Notes: a model not told the origin generated them from the letters alone. 64,000 nt of DNA from an uncultured Gammaproteobacteria bacterium (GCA_963848305.1 CAWKDC010000001.1:1248001-1312000); one strand, 5' to 3'. Shown: positions 1-12,174, counted from the stretch's first letter. Made by a program: numbers and translations.

Positions 1-7
1 AAAAAAT

Positions 8-802
8 ATGTCATTGTTATCCAAGTTTCTAGCTATTGTGGCCGGATGCATGAGCGCTTTCTATTCAAGCGCTGCGTTTGCTGCCATGCAGTTGAATATG
101 GTCAAAGGCGTGACGCCTGTCAGTCTCTCCCAATATGATCTTCACATGATCATGTTGGCTGTCGTCACTGCCATCGGGGTAGTAGTATTCGGTATACTCA
201 TTTATTCAATAGTCATGCACCGCAAAGCCCGCGGCGTGAAACCGGCTGAATTTCATGAAAACATACATATCGAGGTGATTTGGACGGTCATTCCATTTGT
301 CATTCTCATTGTATTGGCTATTCCTGCCACCCGAGCGCTGATCATGGGTTACGATACCCGTAAAGCTGACCTGACCATTGCTGTGACGGGTTACCAGTGG
401 TATTGGAAATACGAGTATATGGGTGAAGATGTGTCTTTCACCTCTCACTCCACCACAACTCAAGAGCAAATCAATGGGTTATTACCCAAATCTGAACATT
501 ACCTGTTGGAAGTAGACAATGTCTTGGTTGTGCCCACGCACACGAAAATCCGTTTCACTTTCACCGCGAATGACGTCTTGCATGCTTGGTGGATGCCTGA
601 TTTAGGTATCAAAAAAGACACGATTCCCGGCTTCATCAATGAGTCGTGGGCTTATATTGAAACTCCCGGCGTTTATCGCGGTCAATGTGCCGAGCTTTGT
701 GGCATTCATCACGGTTTTATGCCGATTGTGGTAGAGGCGAAATCGCCTGAAGAGTATCAAGTTTGGCTAAGCAGTCAAAAAAGCGCGAAGGAAAAATCAT
801 GA
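8..802 (+). CDS. coxB: Cytochrome c oxidase subunit II
   Basis: [17 protein letters not shown] and the CuA motif [12 protein letters not shown]; first gene of the cox operon. Confidence 0.97.
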   Translation: MSLLSKFLAIVAGCMSAFYSSAAFAAMQLNMVKGVTPVSLSQYDLHMIMLAVVTAIGVVVFGILIYSIVMHRKARGVKPAEFHENIHIEVIWTVIPFVILIVLAIPATRALIMGYDTRKADLTIAVTGYQWYWKYEYMGEDVSFTSHSTTTQEQINGLLPKSEHYLLEVDNVLVVPTHTKIRFTFTANDVLHAWWMPDLGIKKDTIPGFINESWAYIETPGVYRGQCAELCGIHHGFMPIVVEAKSPEEYQVWLSSQKSAKEKS

Positions 803-2403
803 GTACACACGATCACACCCATCACACCGACGACCACGTGCATGGCCCCGCAAAGGGCATCATGCGTTGGTTTTTCACCACCAACCATAAAGACATCGGT
901 TCGATGTATTTATGGTTCAGCTTCATCATGTTTTTGGTGGGTGGCGCCATGGCAATGGTGATACGGGCTGAACTGTTCATGCCTGGGTTACAACTCGTTG
1001 ATCCTAATACATTCAACCAATTAACAACCATGCATGGGTTGATCATGGTGTTCGGAGGGGTGATGCCTGCTTTCACGGGGCTTGCCAACTGGATGATCCC
1101 CATGATGATCGGCGCACCTGATATGGCATTGCCACGGATGAATAACTGGAGCTTCTGGATTCTCCCGTTTACCTTCTCAATCTTGATCATGTCCTGGTTC
1201 ATGGATGGCGGCGCCCCCAACTTCGGTTGGACATTTTATGCGCCTTTATCCGTTCAAGGTCCGCCAAGCACTGACTTTTTCATTTTTTCTGTCCATTTGA
1301 TGGGTATTTCATCGATCATGGGTGCGATTAACGTGATCGTGACGATTTTTAATCTGCGTGCACCTGGCATGACGTGGATGCGCATGCCCATTTTCTGTTG
1401 GTCCTGGTTGATCACAGCGTTCCTGTTGATCGCGGTGATGCCCGTGTTGGCGGGTGCTGTCACCATGTTATTGACAGACCGTAACTTCGGCACCAGCTTT
1501 TTCAGCGCTGCGGGCGGCGGTGACCCCGTGCTGTTCCAGCATTTATTCTGGTTCTTCGGGCATCCTGAAGTGTACATCATGATTTTGCCTGCATTCGGTG
1601 TCATATCCGAAATCGTTCCCACTTTCGCCCGTAAAAAATTATTCGGTCGCACCTCCATGATTTATGCGATTGCGGCCATTGCCGGCTTGTCGTTCATCGT
1701 GTGGGCTCACCATATGTTCACGACAGGCTTGCCGATTGTTGCTGGGTTGTTCTTTATGTATGCGACGATGTTGATTTCAGTGCCTACGGGGGTCAAGATA
1801 TTTAATTGGACAGCGACCATTTTCAAAGGTGCACTGACGTTTGAAACACCCATGCTATTTTCATTGGCGTTCATTTTTCTCTTCACCATTGGTGGCTTTT
1901 CGGGCCTGATGTTGGCGTTGATTCCTGCAGATTTCCGTTATCACGATACCTATTTCGTGGTTGCTCATTTCCATTATGTGTTGGTGAGTGGCGCGGTCTT
2001 TTCGATTTATGCCGGCGCCTATTATTGGTTACCAAAATGGACAGGTACCATGTATAACGAAACTCTGGGTAAGTTCCATTTTTGGATTTCAGTGATTTCG
2101 GTCAACCTCACTTTCTTTCCCATGCATTTCGTGGGTCTTGCAGGCATGCCACGCCGTATCCCTGATTACGCGCTGCAGTTTGCGGACTTCAATATGTGGA
2201 GTTCAATCGGTGGGTTTATCTTTGGTTTGTCGCAATTCTTGTTCCTGTATATCGTGATTCAATGCATTCGCGGTAAAGGACGCAAAGCCACAGACATGGT
2301 ATGGGATCACCCACGTGGATTGGAGTTTATTCTTCATTCCCCACCGGCATACCATACTTTCAGCACGCCGCCCACATTGAAAGAAATTGAAGAGCATCAT
2401 TGA
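799..2403 (+). CDS. coxA: Cytochrome c oxidase subunit I
   Basis: [22 protein letters not shown] and HFHYVL motifs; ATG at 799 overlaps the coxB stop (ATGA). Confidence 0.98.
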   Translation: MSTHDHTHHTDDHVHGPAKGIMRWFFTTNHKDIGSMYLWFSFIMFLVGGAMAMVIRAELFMPGLQLVDPNTFNQLTTMHGLIMVFGGVMPAFTGLANWMIPMMIGAPDMALPRMNNWSFWILPFTFSILIMSWFMDGGAPNFGWTFYAPLSVQGPPSTDFFIFSVHLMGISSIMGAINVIVTIFNLRAPGMTWMRMPIFCWSWLITAFLLIAVMPVLAGAVTMLLTDRNFGTSFFSAAGGGDPVLFQHLFWFFGHPEVYIMILPAFGVISEIVPTFARKKLFGRTSMIYAIAAIAGLSFIVWAHHMFTTGLPIVAGLFFMYATMLISVPTGVKIFNWTATIFKGALTFETPMLFSLAFIFLFTIGGFSGLMLALIPADFRYHDTYFVVAHFHYVLVSGAVFSIYAGAYYWLPKWTGTMYNETLGKFHFWISVISVNLTFFPMHFVGLAGMPRRIPDYALQFADFNMWSSIGGFIFGLSQFLFLYIVIQCIRGKGRKATDMVWDHPRGLEFILHSPPAYHTFSTPPTLKEIEEHH

Positions 2404-2966
2404 TGGCCATGTCACGTCACACATCATTGATCATGAAATTGGTTGCTGGCGCTGCGTGCATGTTTGTGTTCACGTATGCGATGGTGCCTTTGTATGATAC
2501 ATTTTGTCGCGTGACAGGGATTAATGGTAAAACAGGTGGACGTGTGCGCATGGCCGATACGAGTGTCGACTATTCTCGTACCATCCGCGTAGATTTTGTC
2601 ACTCAAAATAACCAAGACATGCCTTGGGCATTTTATGGTAGACAGACTTATGTGGATGTTCATCCCGGTGAAATTGTACGGGTCATGTTCTATGCTAAGA
2701 ATGTGACAGGAGAAGACATGGTTGGGCAATCGATTCCAAGTGTGACGCCTGCGCAGTCTGCGCCGTATCTCAAGAAGACGGAGTGTTTTTGTTTCAACAA
2801 CCAGCCGTTGAAGGCTCATGCTGAAGAGGACATGCCTCTCGTGTTTTACATCGACCCAGCATTACCAGACGATATTTCGCAAATGACGTTGTCTTATACG
2901 TTGTTTGATATTACCCCTCGCACCGCATCAGAGAAAAACGGAGCTAACCATGACGAACAAATATGA
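2403..2966 (+). CDS. ctaG: Cytochrome c oxidase assembly copper chaperone CtaG/Cox11
   Basis: VPLYDTFCRVTG and KTECFCF motifs; position between coxA and coxC. Confidence 0.95.
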   Translation: MAMSRHTSLIMKLVAGAACMFVFTYAMVPLYDTFCRVTGINGKTGGRVRMADTSVDYSRTIRVDFVTQNNQDMPWAFYGRQTYVDVHPGEIVRVMFYAKNVTGEDMVGQSIPSVTPAQSAPYLKKTECFCFNNQPLKAHAEEDMPLVFYIDPALPDDISQMTLSYTLFDITPRTASEKNGANHDEQI

Positions 2967-3846
2967 GCATTATTATGTCCCCGCACAAAGCCCCTGGCCT
3001 ATCGTTGGCGCAGTGGGGTTGTTCCTGTTTGCCATCGGTGCGGCAAAACTGATGCATGTCCATAATCCGAATATCGCAGCACCGCTCGATCAGGCGTTGA
3101 TGTTTTTCGTCGCCGGTGTAGGTGTTATTTTATTCATGGTGTTTGGCTGGTTTAATCATGTGATCAAAGAAAGCATGCAAGGGCTGTATTCTCCGCAGAT
3201 GGATCATTCATTTCGTTATGGCATGATGTGGTTTATTTTCTCAGAAGTGATGTTTTTTGCGGCTTTTTTCGGTGCCCTCTTTTATATCCGCGAGTTTTCT
3301 GTGGAATGGTTAGGTGGCAACGGTGTCAAGGGTATTGCGAAAACATTGTGGCCCCATTTTGAAGCCATGTGGCCACTATTGGATAATCCCGATCCAGAAA
3401 AATTTAAAGCGCCTAAAGAAGTGATTGGTTGGGACGGCATTCCTTTATTGAATACCGCAATCCTACTCACCAGTGGTGTGACCGTGACGTGGGCGCATTG
3501 GGCATTGAAAGCGAAAAAGCGTATTCAGTTGAATATCGGGTTGTTGCTGACAGTGATACTGGGTATCGTGTTTTTGGTTTTCCAAGTCCATGAATATGAA
3601 TTGGCGTACCATGAGTTGGGTTTAACTTTGAATTCCGGTGTATATGGTTCAACATTTTTCATGTTAACAGGTTTCCACGGCATGCATGTGACCTTGGGCA
3701 CGGTGATGTTGCTCGTGATTTTGCTGCGTTGCTTGAAAGGCCATTTTTCACCTGAACACCATTTTGCCTTCGAAGGGGTGGCCTGGTATTGGCACTTTGT
3801 TGATGTTGTTTGGCTTGGGTTGTTTATTTTTGTCTATGTACTTTAG
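2950..3846 (+). CDS. coxC: Cytochrome c oxidase subunit III
   Basis: SPWP, FIFSEVMFF, TGFHGMHV and WYWHFVDVVW motifs. Confidence 0.97.
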   Translation: MTNKYEHYYVPAQSPWPIVGAVGLFLFAIGAAKLMHVHNPNIAAPLDQALMFFVAGVGVILFMVFGWFNHVIKESMQGLYSPQMDHSFRYGMMWFIFSEVMFFAAFFGALFYIREFSVEWLGGNGVKGIAKTLWPHFEAMWPLLDNPDPEKFKAPKEVIGWDGIPLLNTAILLTSGVTVTWAHWALKAKKRIQLNIGLLLTVILGIVFLVFQVHEYELAYHELGLTLNSGVYGSTFFMLTGFHGMHVTLGTVMLLVILLRCLKGHFSPEHHFAFEGVAWYWHFVDVVWLGLFIFVYVL

Positions 3847-3874
3847 AAATCCTGGCGCTTGCGGGGGATTTTCA

Positions 3875-4306
3875 ATGAGTGTAAAACCACTGACGATAGA
3901 TACGCCCTGCGTGGGCATCTGTTCCACCGTGTATGGCGACGAGATTTGCCGTGGTTGCAAACGCACTTACGATGAAGTGATTGATTGGAACCGTTTCACG
4001 CCTGAACAAAAATCGGCTGTGTACGATCGGTTGAATGAACACGCTGAGCACATTGTGTCGCAATTTTTCACCATTGTAGCACCCGAAAAATTGGCGAGTG
4101 CGCTCGATGATCAATCCATTCGCTATCGTCCCGACCATTCCCCAGCCACCTGGGTGCTGCAGTGGTTGCGCTTCACCCGTTTCGACAAATCCTGGGATGA
4201 GTTGGGTGTAACGGTGATGCCTGAATATCAATCATATACCCGGCGTGCGCTGTTTACAGTACTCGATGATCTGTTATTAACCATTTCCAAACAGGCATCA
4301 CGGTGA
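3875..4306 (+). CDS. DUF1289 family Cys-rich protein
   Basis: N-terminal TPCVGICSTVYGDEICRGCKR...EVIDWN signature; ATG at 3875. Confidence 0.8.
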   Translation: MSVKPLTIDTPCVGICSTVYGDEICRGCKRTYDEVIDWNRFTPEQKSAVYDRLNEHAEHIVSQFFTIVAPEKLASALDDQSIRYRPDHSPATWVLQWLRFTRFDKSWDELGVTVMPEYQSYTRRALFTVLDDLLLTISKQASR

Positions 4307-5188
4307 TGTGATAACTGATCTCATTATCGATAATCAGTTTTGTCCCTTCTTCTGCGAGGGTTAATATGAGACCCTCGGTTAAATGCGCGGTTGACATCGC
4401 CTCTAATAAGCCAGCGATTTCACGTGCATTTTTGTCCGGATCAGATAATGTTTTCGTGACTTGAATCGCTTAAATAATGCTGAGATCTTGCTTAATTAAG
4501 AAATCACATTCCTTTTTTCGTCGCAGGAATTCAATATACACTATGTTTTCTAATATGCGCCCAGTGTCTTCTGAAAATCGAAAAGATACTGCTGAAGACA
4601 AACCGACATCCATGGCATATATTTTTTATCATGAATCAATTGAGCTTTGAGTGAAAAGTCAAATTTATATAACTCTTTAAACAAAAAGATTTCCGTGAAA
4701 TAATGGCAATAATCCATCACCGTATTGGGGTGTAAGTTCAGTGCTTTGGATGCATTTCAGTAGCTGAATAATTTTGATGCATTGGCTGCAAGGTAAATCC
4801 CCAATTCTTTCTGATAAATGTTGCGCAAAGCGACAGCGGGAAAACCGCCCCATTCAGTGTAGCTTTTAAAATGGCGTTTAATGTCAATTTCCTTTTGACT
4901 GCTGACAGGCCATGTGCTGATGGAGCAATCATGAAACGATAAATATTCTTTAAATGACAATGTGTAAACATCAATTGCAAAATTTCGACCAGTTAATAGT
5001 GTGGCATATTCTTGTTTGATAAGCGATGAGTTGGAACCGCTCAACCATATTTGCTTCATTTCGCGCCGATCATATATTTTGCGAATATAAGAGACTCATT
5101 CTGGACATAATTGAATTTCATCCACTGGGAATCCCCCTTCCAGCCAAGGATTCCAGTCCATAAGGGCTTTGATGATGTCTTCTGGCAT
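4254..5188 (-). pseudogene. Eroded AAA_14/DUF4143 family ATPase
   Basis: Manual translation gives MPEDIIKALMDWNPW..DEIQLCPE*..LSGSNSSL..LTGR..WGGFP..LENIVYIEF..ECDFLI..AIQV..VWKWL. Walker A is missing, with in-frame TGA/TAA stops and internal deletions. Confidence 0.8.
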
Positions 5189-5512
5189 GTGATCATCCCC
5201 TATAAAGGTTATGGCGCACTTGATGTGCGGAACACATCAATCTTGATATAGTGCAGTGTATCAAATTATAGGGTAACCCACTCCAAATCCTATTGTCATC
5301 CCCCCTTATAATGGTTCCAAGCAAAGTTAGCGTTCTCCGGGGAAAATATTAATGACCTAAAAGGAGAGCGCAATTGGAAAGCGAAGTACGGGGAAACGGA
5401 GGCTTCTGATGTAAAGCGGCTTAAATGCTAACATCCCACCATTAGCACAGAATAAGTGACATTCTGCTCACTTTCTGCTAACATCGCTACTTCATCATGA
5501 GGTGCCAAATCA

Positions 5513-7328
5513 ATGAACATTCGTAACGTGGCGATTATCGCCCACGTCGACCACGGTAAAACGACCCTGGTTGATAAACTGCTCGGTCAGAGCGGAACCC
5601 TGTCAAACCGCGGCCCTGCAGGCGTACGGGTCATGGACAGTAATCCTTTGGAACAAGAGCGTGGTATCACGATCCTGGCCAAAAACACGTCTTTAAATTG
5701 GAAAGGTTATCGCATTAATATCGTCGATACCCCTGGCCATGCGGATTTCGGCGGAGAAGTCGAGCGGGTGTTGTCCATGGTGGATTCCGTCCTGTTGCTG
5801 GTCGATGCGGTGGACGGCCCCATGCCTCAAACCCGTTTTGTGACTCAAAAGGCCTTTGCACACGGGTTACGCCCGATTGTGGTTATCAACAAGGTTGACC
5901 GTGAAGGTGCTCGCCCCCATTGGGCCATTGATCAGGTCTTTGACCTCTTCGATCGTTTGGGCGCGACGGATGAACAACTCGATTTCCCCATCATCTATGC
6001 ATCTGCACTGAAAGGTTTTGCCACGCTGGATTTGGCTCATGTGGATGAAGCCAAAGACATGGAACCGCTGTTCCAGGCCATCGTGGATCACGTCCCTCCA
6101 CCTCAAGTGGATTTGGAGGGTCCCTTCCAAATGCAGCTCAGCTCTCTCGACTACTCCAGTTTCTGGCGCCATCGGGATTGGGCGCATCAAACGCGGTAAG
6201 ATCAAGTCTAATACCCAGGTCAAAATCATTGACCGTGAAGGGGCGATCCGCTCTGGCCGTGTGCTGCAGATTTTGGGTTACCATGGTTTGGACCGTCAAG
6301 AAGTGCCTACTGCCGAGGCAGGCGACATTGTGGCTATCACGGGTATCGAAGGTATTCGCATCTCCGACACTATTTGCGATGTGAACAATGTTGAAGCCTT
6401 GCCCGCTCTGAGCGTGGATGAACCGACCGTGAGTATGATGTTCCAAGTGAACACCTCGCCATTTGCGGGTCGTGAAGGGCAATTTGTCACGAGCCGTCAA
6501 ATCCGTGACCGCCTGGATAAAGAATTGATCCACAACGTTGCATTGCGTGTGGAAGACACTGACAGCGGAGATCGCTTCTTGGTATCTGGCCGCGGTGAAT
6601 TGCACTTGTCGATTTTGATCGAAACCATGCGCCGCGAAGGCTTTGAACTGGCTGTGTCAAAACCTGAAGTGATTTTGAAAGAAATCAATGGTGAAATGCA
6701 AGAACCTTATGAAACGTTGACGCTCGATGTGGAAGAAGCCCATCAAGGCAGTTTGATGGAAATCCTAGGCTCACGGAAAGGCGAGTTGCGTGATATGGTT
6801 GTGGATGGTAAAGGCCGTGTTCGTTTGGATTATATTATTCCTGCACGGGGTTTGATCGGTTTCCACACAGATTTCTTGACCATGACATCCGGTAGCGGTT
6901 TGATGTATCATGTATTCGAAAAATACGGCCCTGTTCAAAAAGGGGCGGCAGCAAAGCGTCGCAACGGTGTGCTGATTTCGAATGCACAAGGCGCTTCAAC
7001 CGGCTTTTCGCTCTATAATCTGCAAGATCGTGGCCGCATGTTCATTGGCCCTCAAACCGATGTGTATGAAGGCATGATCATTGGTATTCATTCCCGCGAC
7101 AACGATCTTGTCGTGAATGTGATCAAAGGCAAGCAATTGACGAACATGCGTGCATCTGGCACTGACGAAAACATTATTTTAACGCCACCGTTAAAATATT
7201 CGTTGGAACAAATGCTCAGCTTTATCGAAGATGATGAACTGCTAGAAATCACGCCGAAATCACTGCGCATGCGCAAACGTTTCCTGAAAGAAAATGAACG
7301 TAAATCCGCCGGCCGCAGCAGCGATTAA
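5513..7328 (+). CDS. typA: Translational GTPase TypA/BipA (frameshift near 6160, probably sequencing error)
   Basis: [31 protein letters not shown] and [10 protein letters not shown]; two ORFs join if one T and one G are restored in short homopolymers at 6159-6167. Confidence 0.95.
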
Positions 7329-8367
7329 TTTATCGCATATCATTGAAGCTGACATTGCGCGAGCAGGGGGAGCGATCCCCTTCTCGCGTTTTATGTATCT
7401 TGCTTTGTATCATCCCGAATTCGGTTACTACATGCGCCCGCATGAAAAATTTGGTCCCCGTGGAGACTTTATCACTGCGCCACTCATGACGCCGTTATTT
7501 GCGCAAGCATTGGCAAACAGTATGGTGGAGGAACTGAAAGCACACCCGTTTATTTTAGAATGGGGCGCCGGGAATGGCCAATTGGCGAAAGACATGCTCA
7601 CGTATCTCAATGCTGAAGGTTTGCATCCTCAATATATGATTTATGATATTAGCCCTGCATGTCGTTCCATGCAGCGCGAAACACTACAAGCATTTGGTGA
7701 CCAAGTGACCTGGTTGGATATGCCTCCAGAAACTTTCGAAGGCGTGATCATTGCCAATGAAGTGTTGGATGCATTGCCGGTTGATCTGTTTCATTATCGA
7801 GAGGGTCAATTGTTTGAGCGCGCCGTGACCTGTGTGGATCATCAGTTTGATTTTATCGATCGGCTTCCTGTTTGGCCAGGTATTTTGAATACAGATTTGA
7901 GTGATGAATATCGACAAGATTATATTTCTGAAAAACAGGTGTTCGCTGATGACTTAATGCGTGATTGGTTGAAGATATTGCGTGCGGGCAAAATCATCAT
8001 CATTGATTATGGTTTTCTGCGACATGAATATTATCACCCTGAACGTTCGCGCGGCACTTTGATGTGTCACACACAACATACCGCGCATGATAATCCTTTG
8101 GAGCATGTCGGCGAACAAGATATCACTGCGCATGTGAATTTCAGCGATTTGATCGAGATTGCACAAGCCAAGCAGGTTAATGTGACATTGTATACCCAGG
8201 CTGAATATTTGATTGAGCACGGTATATTAACATTGGCTCAGAAGTGTTTTTCCGAGAACATAGCTGAGCAACGTCTGGTTTCCCAGGCTCTGCGTACGTT
8301 GTTAGAGCCGCAGGAAATGGGGGAATTTTTTAAGGTGTTAACCGTGGTAAAAAGTCAGCATAAATGA
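7294..8367 (+). CDS. SAM-dependent methyltransferase, MidA/NDUFAF7 family
   Basis: GYY..GDFITAP, EWGAGNG, ANEVLDALP, IDYG, QDITAHVNF and MGEFFKV. Confidence 0.92.
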   Translation: MNVNPPAAAAINLSHIIEADIARAGGAIPFSRFMYLALYHPEFGYYMRPHEKFGPRGDFITAPLMTPLFAQALANSMVEELKAHPFILEWGAGNGQLAKDMLTYLNAEGLHPQYMIYDISPACRSMQRETLQAFGDQVTWLDMPPETFEGVIIANEVLDALPVDLFHYREGQLFERAVTCVDHQFDFIDRLPVWPGILNTDLSDEYRQDYISEKQVFADDLMRDWLKILRAGKIIIIDYGFLRHEYYHPERSRGTLMCHTQHTAHDNPLEHVGEQDITAHVNFSDLIEIAQAKQVNVTLYTQAEYLIEHGILTLAQKCFSENIAEQRLVSQALRTLLEPQEMGEFFKVLTVVKSQHK

Positions 8368-8500
8368 ATCATCAACGTTTTTTAATAGTCGGTGTATTCA
8401 AAAAATCACTCAGTCTTGCACAAAGGGGTCACGCCAACGGCCTTGTGTATTATTGTTACAAACTGCTTTGCGTTGTATGAGAAAGATTTGGGTTCGTATT
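8364..8500 (+). pseudogene. Possible remnant of a GtrA-like small membrane protein
   Basis: ATG overlapping the upstream stop reads MNHQRFLIVGVF, resembling the GtrA N-terminus (RFLxVG); too short for an intact gene. Confidence 0.25.
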
Positions 8501-8508
8501 ATTGCCGC

Positions 8509-11500
8509 TTATAATATGACTGAAAGTAAGTATGTTTTGGCCCCGACAGACGTGCTCGATGAGTGCTGATTGCTATTGTCATTATTTGTCGCGTTAACCA
8601 CTCCAACATTATTAACAACAGGCATCGAAGTTTGAACCCCCATTTCTTTCGCCACATTTTTCAAGCCTTTTGTTAAATCAACTTGATGAACAGGGCTCAT
8701 CCAGGCTGTATAATATTTTTTCTCTCTCTCAAGGTTTGTGAATTTGTAGCCGTCCATGATGTTTCGATCTATTTTTTTAAATAAGTAGCAAAATTGTTCC
8801 CACAGGGTCATTTTAATTGCCGTGATACCATCAGCAAAATTGAATTGTTGAGGATTAGTTTGATCTCTTTCGCCTCGGATTGATTTCCCCGTGTTATCCA
8901 CCAAATAAAGGGAATAGCTCAATGTAGCACGATATTGTTGATGCACTTGTTTAACCAATTGTTTTGCGAAGAGATGACCGATGTGGGCAGCCATCCCAAG
9001 GAGATAGTGTTGTTTTTCCTTGGGTATCAGGTTTTTATATTTTTGAGAGCAAACAATGGATTGAGTGATATGGGAGAGGGTGCTATGACAATTGAGATTA
9101 TCGTATAGTGACATGAATTGTTCATCTGTTATTTTCTGTCTGTCATCCTTATCCCTGTCTGCTGTGTTGATCAGAAAATAAGCCAAATGCAGTGCAATGA
9201 TTCTTCTTGCATTTTCATCGTGGTTATGGCTGAGTGCATTGAGAGCATCCTTGCTCTTATCCGCATAAGAATACGTATAATTTCCCTTCTTAACATTTTT
9301 GTATTTATCATCAATACTCTGGCTCATCAGCTTCCCATCTTCCACACGAGCAAATATTTCCTTCCACTCATTGAATGTTATCAGGGATGCTTCATCGAAT
9401 GATTTTACAAAAACGTCCTCTCCTTTGCCAAATGTTTTTTCATGTGCCGCTTTCTCAATCACCTTCATTCTTTCCGTTTGATTGAGGGTGTTGGCAAGGT
9501 TATAGGTATCATGCATAAAGCCATTCAAGAAATCGCCGGCCAATGCGGCGATACCCAGTGCCATTTGCGGGGTGCCTGTGAAAGAGATGACAGCGAGACC
9601 TGGGATGGTGAAGCCAGCGAATAATGTGCTGGTTGTGATCACCCCAGCCGTGACCACAGGAGCTGTTTTTAAAATGTTTAACACTGTTTTGAGTAAACCT
9701 AATGTGATTGAATTCAGCAGCACGAATGAAATAAACTTTACCCAAAGCCATCCATAGGATGCATATCGCCATATCGGCGCGGTATGATGTCTGGCTTGAA
9801 CCAACTCAATGTCTGCCAATGTTTGTTTCCAGAGGGAAGTGACAGGTTCCAAAAATAAAAGGTATATGCCTGTTTTGATCTGGAACAACAGTATATTACC
9901 GGTGGTGGAGAGTTGTGTTCGGCTATGTTGAATGTCTTTGAGGTCACTTGTCCACAGTGGCAATTTATTCAATATATTCCAAACAATATTGTATACAAAG
10001 CCAAACGCGGTAGCCAAATAAAGCAGCGCAATCTTTGCAACATATTTTGATGTTGATCCATCTTCTTTGTAGACTTCACGTGCATATCGATACATGCGTT
10101 GAATATAATCGGCATGGTCATCATGCATTATTTCGCGCGCAGTTTGTGCAATATTGTTATTCGTTTTAAGGAAAAGATCGCCAAATAATGAGAGCATCCA
10201 ATATGCGCCACCACCCAACATCATGGGAATGGCTGTGATCACACTAAAGACAAGGCGTGCAATATATCGACAGGGTGCAAAAAAAAGATTGTCGCCGTGT
10301 GCATAGCTCAATGCCTGGTCAATATCACGCACACCTTTATGAAGGGCATTCACGACTTTGGCAAGGTTATCCCATAACCTGCCCAGACGTTTGAGGCCAT
10401 AATATAAGAAGTAGGGAATATTGAAGATCAAATAAAATGCTGTGGCAATATATGCCAGCGTTGTCGATTTTTTGTCGAGCCATTTGATAAACGTTTTACA
10501 ATGGTATCCCCATAAGCGAGGGTGAAATGTCGATACTTTTTTCTGTTGAGTGAGGTACAGATATTTTTTCTCGTCAGGCGTCAGTAATTTTTTTATGCCT
10601 GTCCCTATGCCCCTGCCCCAGGTGGTGAAAAACCCACGAAATTCCTTGGCAAGCCGCTCCCATTTTATCCAGGTTTGGCTATCAGGGGATTTGGTATCGA
10701 AGAAGATAGATGCAGCGTCAGCAGTTTCTGTCTCAGGAATATGATTAGGATTTTCTCTGGGCACGGTTATTGGACTGACCGTTTTTTGAGGCTCTTGGGG
10801 ATTATATTGCATGTCGAATTGTGCTTTTAACACCTCCATGCTGTCCAATCGTTGTTCATGATTATTGATTTGTGCATCGAGGGTATTTAGCTCGTCTAAT
10901 AGGTGCAAATAATGGATTTGAAAAATGCGTACGCGTCTTTCAATTTCCTTTTCCCCGTCATCTTCTGTGTATGTATATTGATTATACTGGCTGAGTTTTT
11001 GTTCGAGAGCAGCATACGTGTCCGCAGTATGATTAAAATTGTTATCTGTTGCTTTAATGCGATACTTTTCGTCAAACTGTGTATAGAAGATAAAATAATT
11101 AGCCAGTGCTACTGAATCATTTGGCTTGAAATTTATTTTTTTAGTGAAGGGATAATAAATCGCCATTTCACGCAAAATCTGTGCTCTTTTGCTGTAGAGC
11201 GATGTAGACATCATCTCTATCGAATCTTGATGGGAGTTGTGTTTTCCTTTGTCTCGATAATCTGTTTTCCCATTGTAAAGAGGACGGTGTAGCACATCGA
11301 TAAGGCGTTGCTCATATTCGCGAATATGTTTTTTTATCTGGGCAGATTCGCTGTTAATATATAAAAACTTTGCATTTTTTTGGGGTTCTTCTGTTCTGTC
11401 GTGATCATGATGCTCGGCACAAAAGATCGATTTTTGTTCTCTTTGAATGAGACGATCGATCATCGCGATATTCTCTTGTCCAATGCTGACAATCAATTTT

Positions 11501-12174
11501 TCGATGTGATCGATTGCTTCATCGATCCTTTCAATCTCTTGAGATTCTTTATGAACAAAATCCTTTTTAGACATATGATGTTGTTGGAGTAACGTTAATG
11601 CCCCATGTTCTTGACGCAGTGCTGCTAGCTGATCATTGGCTGCTATTTTCAGTGCATTCAATGTGCTGATAATGTTTTTATTTGTTGTGCCAGTGTTGTA
11701 CAATGCCTGATGCTGTTTGTAGATCCAGGATCTGAGTGACAATTCAATGATAGTCTGATTATGTTGAATATTTTTAAGGCGAGCATGTGCGCGACGGAAC
11801 ATTTCAACTTGGTCCCAGGCACTGGCGGTGAAACTGAGCGCGCAACCGAAACTGAATGCAAGACCAATGTTGGTGATGATGCCATAGGTGCTGTTGCTGA
11901 GCGATTGACCTGTGCTGACAAGCTTCATCCCAAGCAGATAGCCGGTGACAGCGAATGTTGTCCCATAATTATCAATGAGGTTTTCGACCTTGAAGCTGTC
12001 CAGCAGTCTTTTCAAGTCGACAAGGCTCATGGTGTCAGGGATGGCGTCATGTTCACGTAAGTAATCGTAGATGCCTTGACATTGGAGGGCAGACTGGTCC
12101 ATCGGCGCCTTCAGAAATGCCTCGATTCGCGATTGAAGGGCTCGCTCTATAACGGTATATTTATCAACTGCCAT
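8509..12174 (-). CDS. Large orphan protein (1221 aa) with coiled-coil-like and hydrophobic segments; candidate secreted effector
   Basis: Uninterrupted 3.67-kb ORF with RBS GAGAGG upstream; no motif recognised; N/S-rich C-terminal tail. Confidence 0.8.
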   Translation of the reverse strand: MAVDKYTVIERALQSRIEAFLKAPMDQSALQCQGIYDYLREHDAIPDTMSLVDLKRLLDSFKVENLIDNYGTTFAVTGYLLGMKLVSTGQSLSNSTYGIITNIGLAFSFGCALSFTASAWDQVEMFRRAHARLKNIQHNQTIIELSLRSWIYKQHQALYNTGTTNKNIISTLNALKIAANDQLAALRQEHGALTLLQQHHMSKKDFVHKESQEIERIDEAIDHIEKLIVSIGQENIAMIDRLIQREQKSIFCAEHHDHDRTEEPQKNAKFLYINSESAQIKKHIREYEQRLIDVLHRPLYNGKTDYRDKGKHNSHQDSIEMMSTSLYSKRAQILREMAIYYPFTKKINFKPNDSVALANYFIFYTQFDEKYRIKATDNNFNHTADTYAALEQKLSQYNQYTYTEDDGEKEIERRVRIFQIHYLHLLDELNTLDAQINNHEQRLDSMEVLKAQFDMQYNPQEPQKTVSPITVPRENPNHIPETETADAASIFFDTKSPDSQTWIKWERLAKEFRGFFTTWGRGIGTGIKKLLTPDEKKYLYLTQQKKVSTFHPRLWGYHCKTFIKWLDKKSTTLAYIATAFYLIFNIPYFLYYGLKRLGRLWDNLAKVVNALHKGVRDIDQALSYAHGDNLFFAPCRYIARLVFSVITAIPMMLGGGAYWMLSLFGDLFLKTNNNIAQTAREIMHDDHADYIQRMYRYAREVYKEDGSTSKYVAKIALLYLATAFGFVYNIVWNILNKLPLWTSDLKDIQHSRTQLSTTGNILLFQIKTGIYLLFLEPVTSLWKQTLADIELVQARHHTAPIWRYASYGWLWVKFISFVLLNSITLGLLKTVLNILKTAPVVTAGVITTSTLFAGFTIPGLAVISFTGTPQMALGIAALAGDFLNGFMHDTYNLANTLNQTERMKVIEKAAHEKTFGKGEDVFVKSFDEASLITFNEWKEIFARVEDGKLMSQSIDDKYKNVKKGNYTYSYADKSKDALNALSHNHDENARRIIALHLAYFLINTADRDKDDRQKITDEQFMSLYDNLNCHSTLSHITQSIVCSQKYKNLIPKEKQHYLLGMAAHIGHLFAKQLVKQVHQQYRATLSYSLYLVDNTGKSIRGERDQTNPQQFNFADGITAIKMTLWEQFCYLFKKIDRNIMDGYKFTNLEREKKYYTAWMSPVHQVDLTKGLKNVAKEMGVQTSMPVVNNVGVVNATNNDNSNQHSSSTSVGAKTYLLSVIL

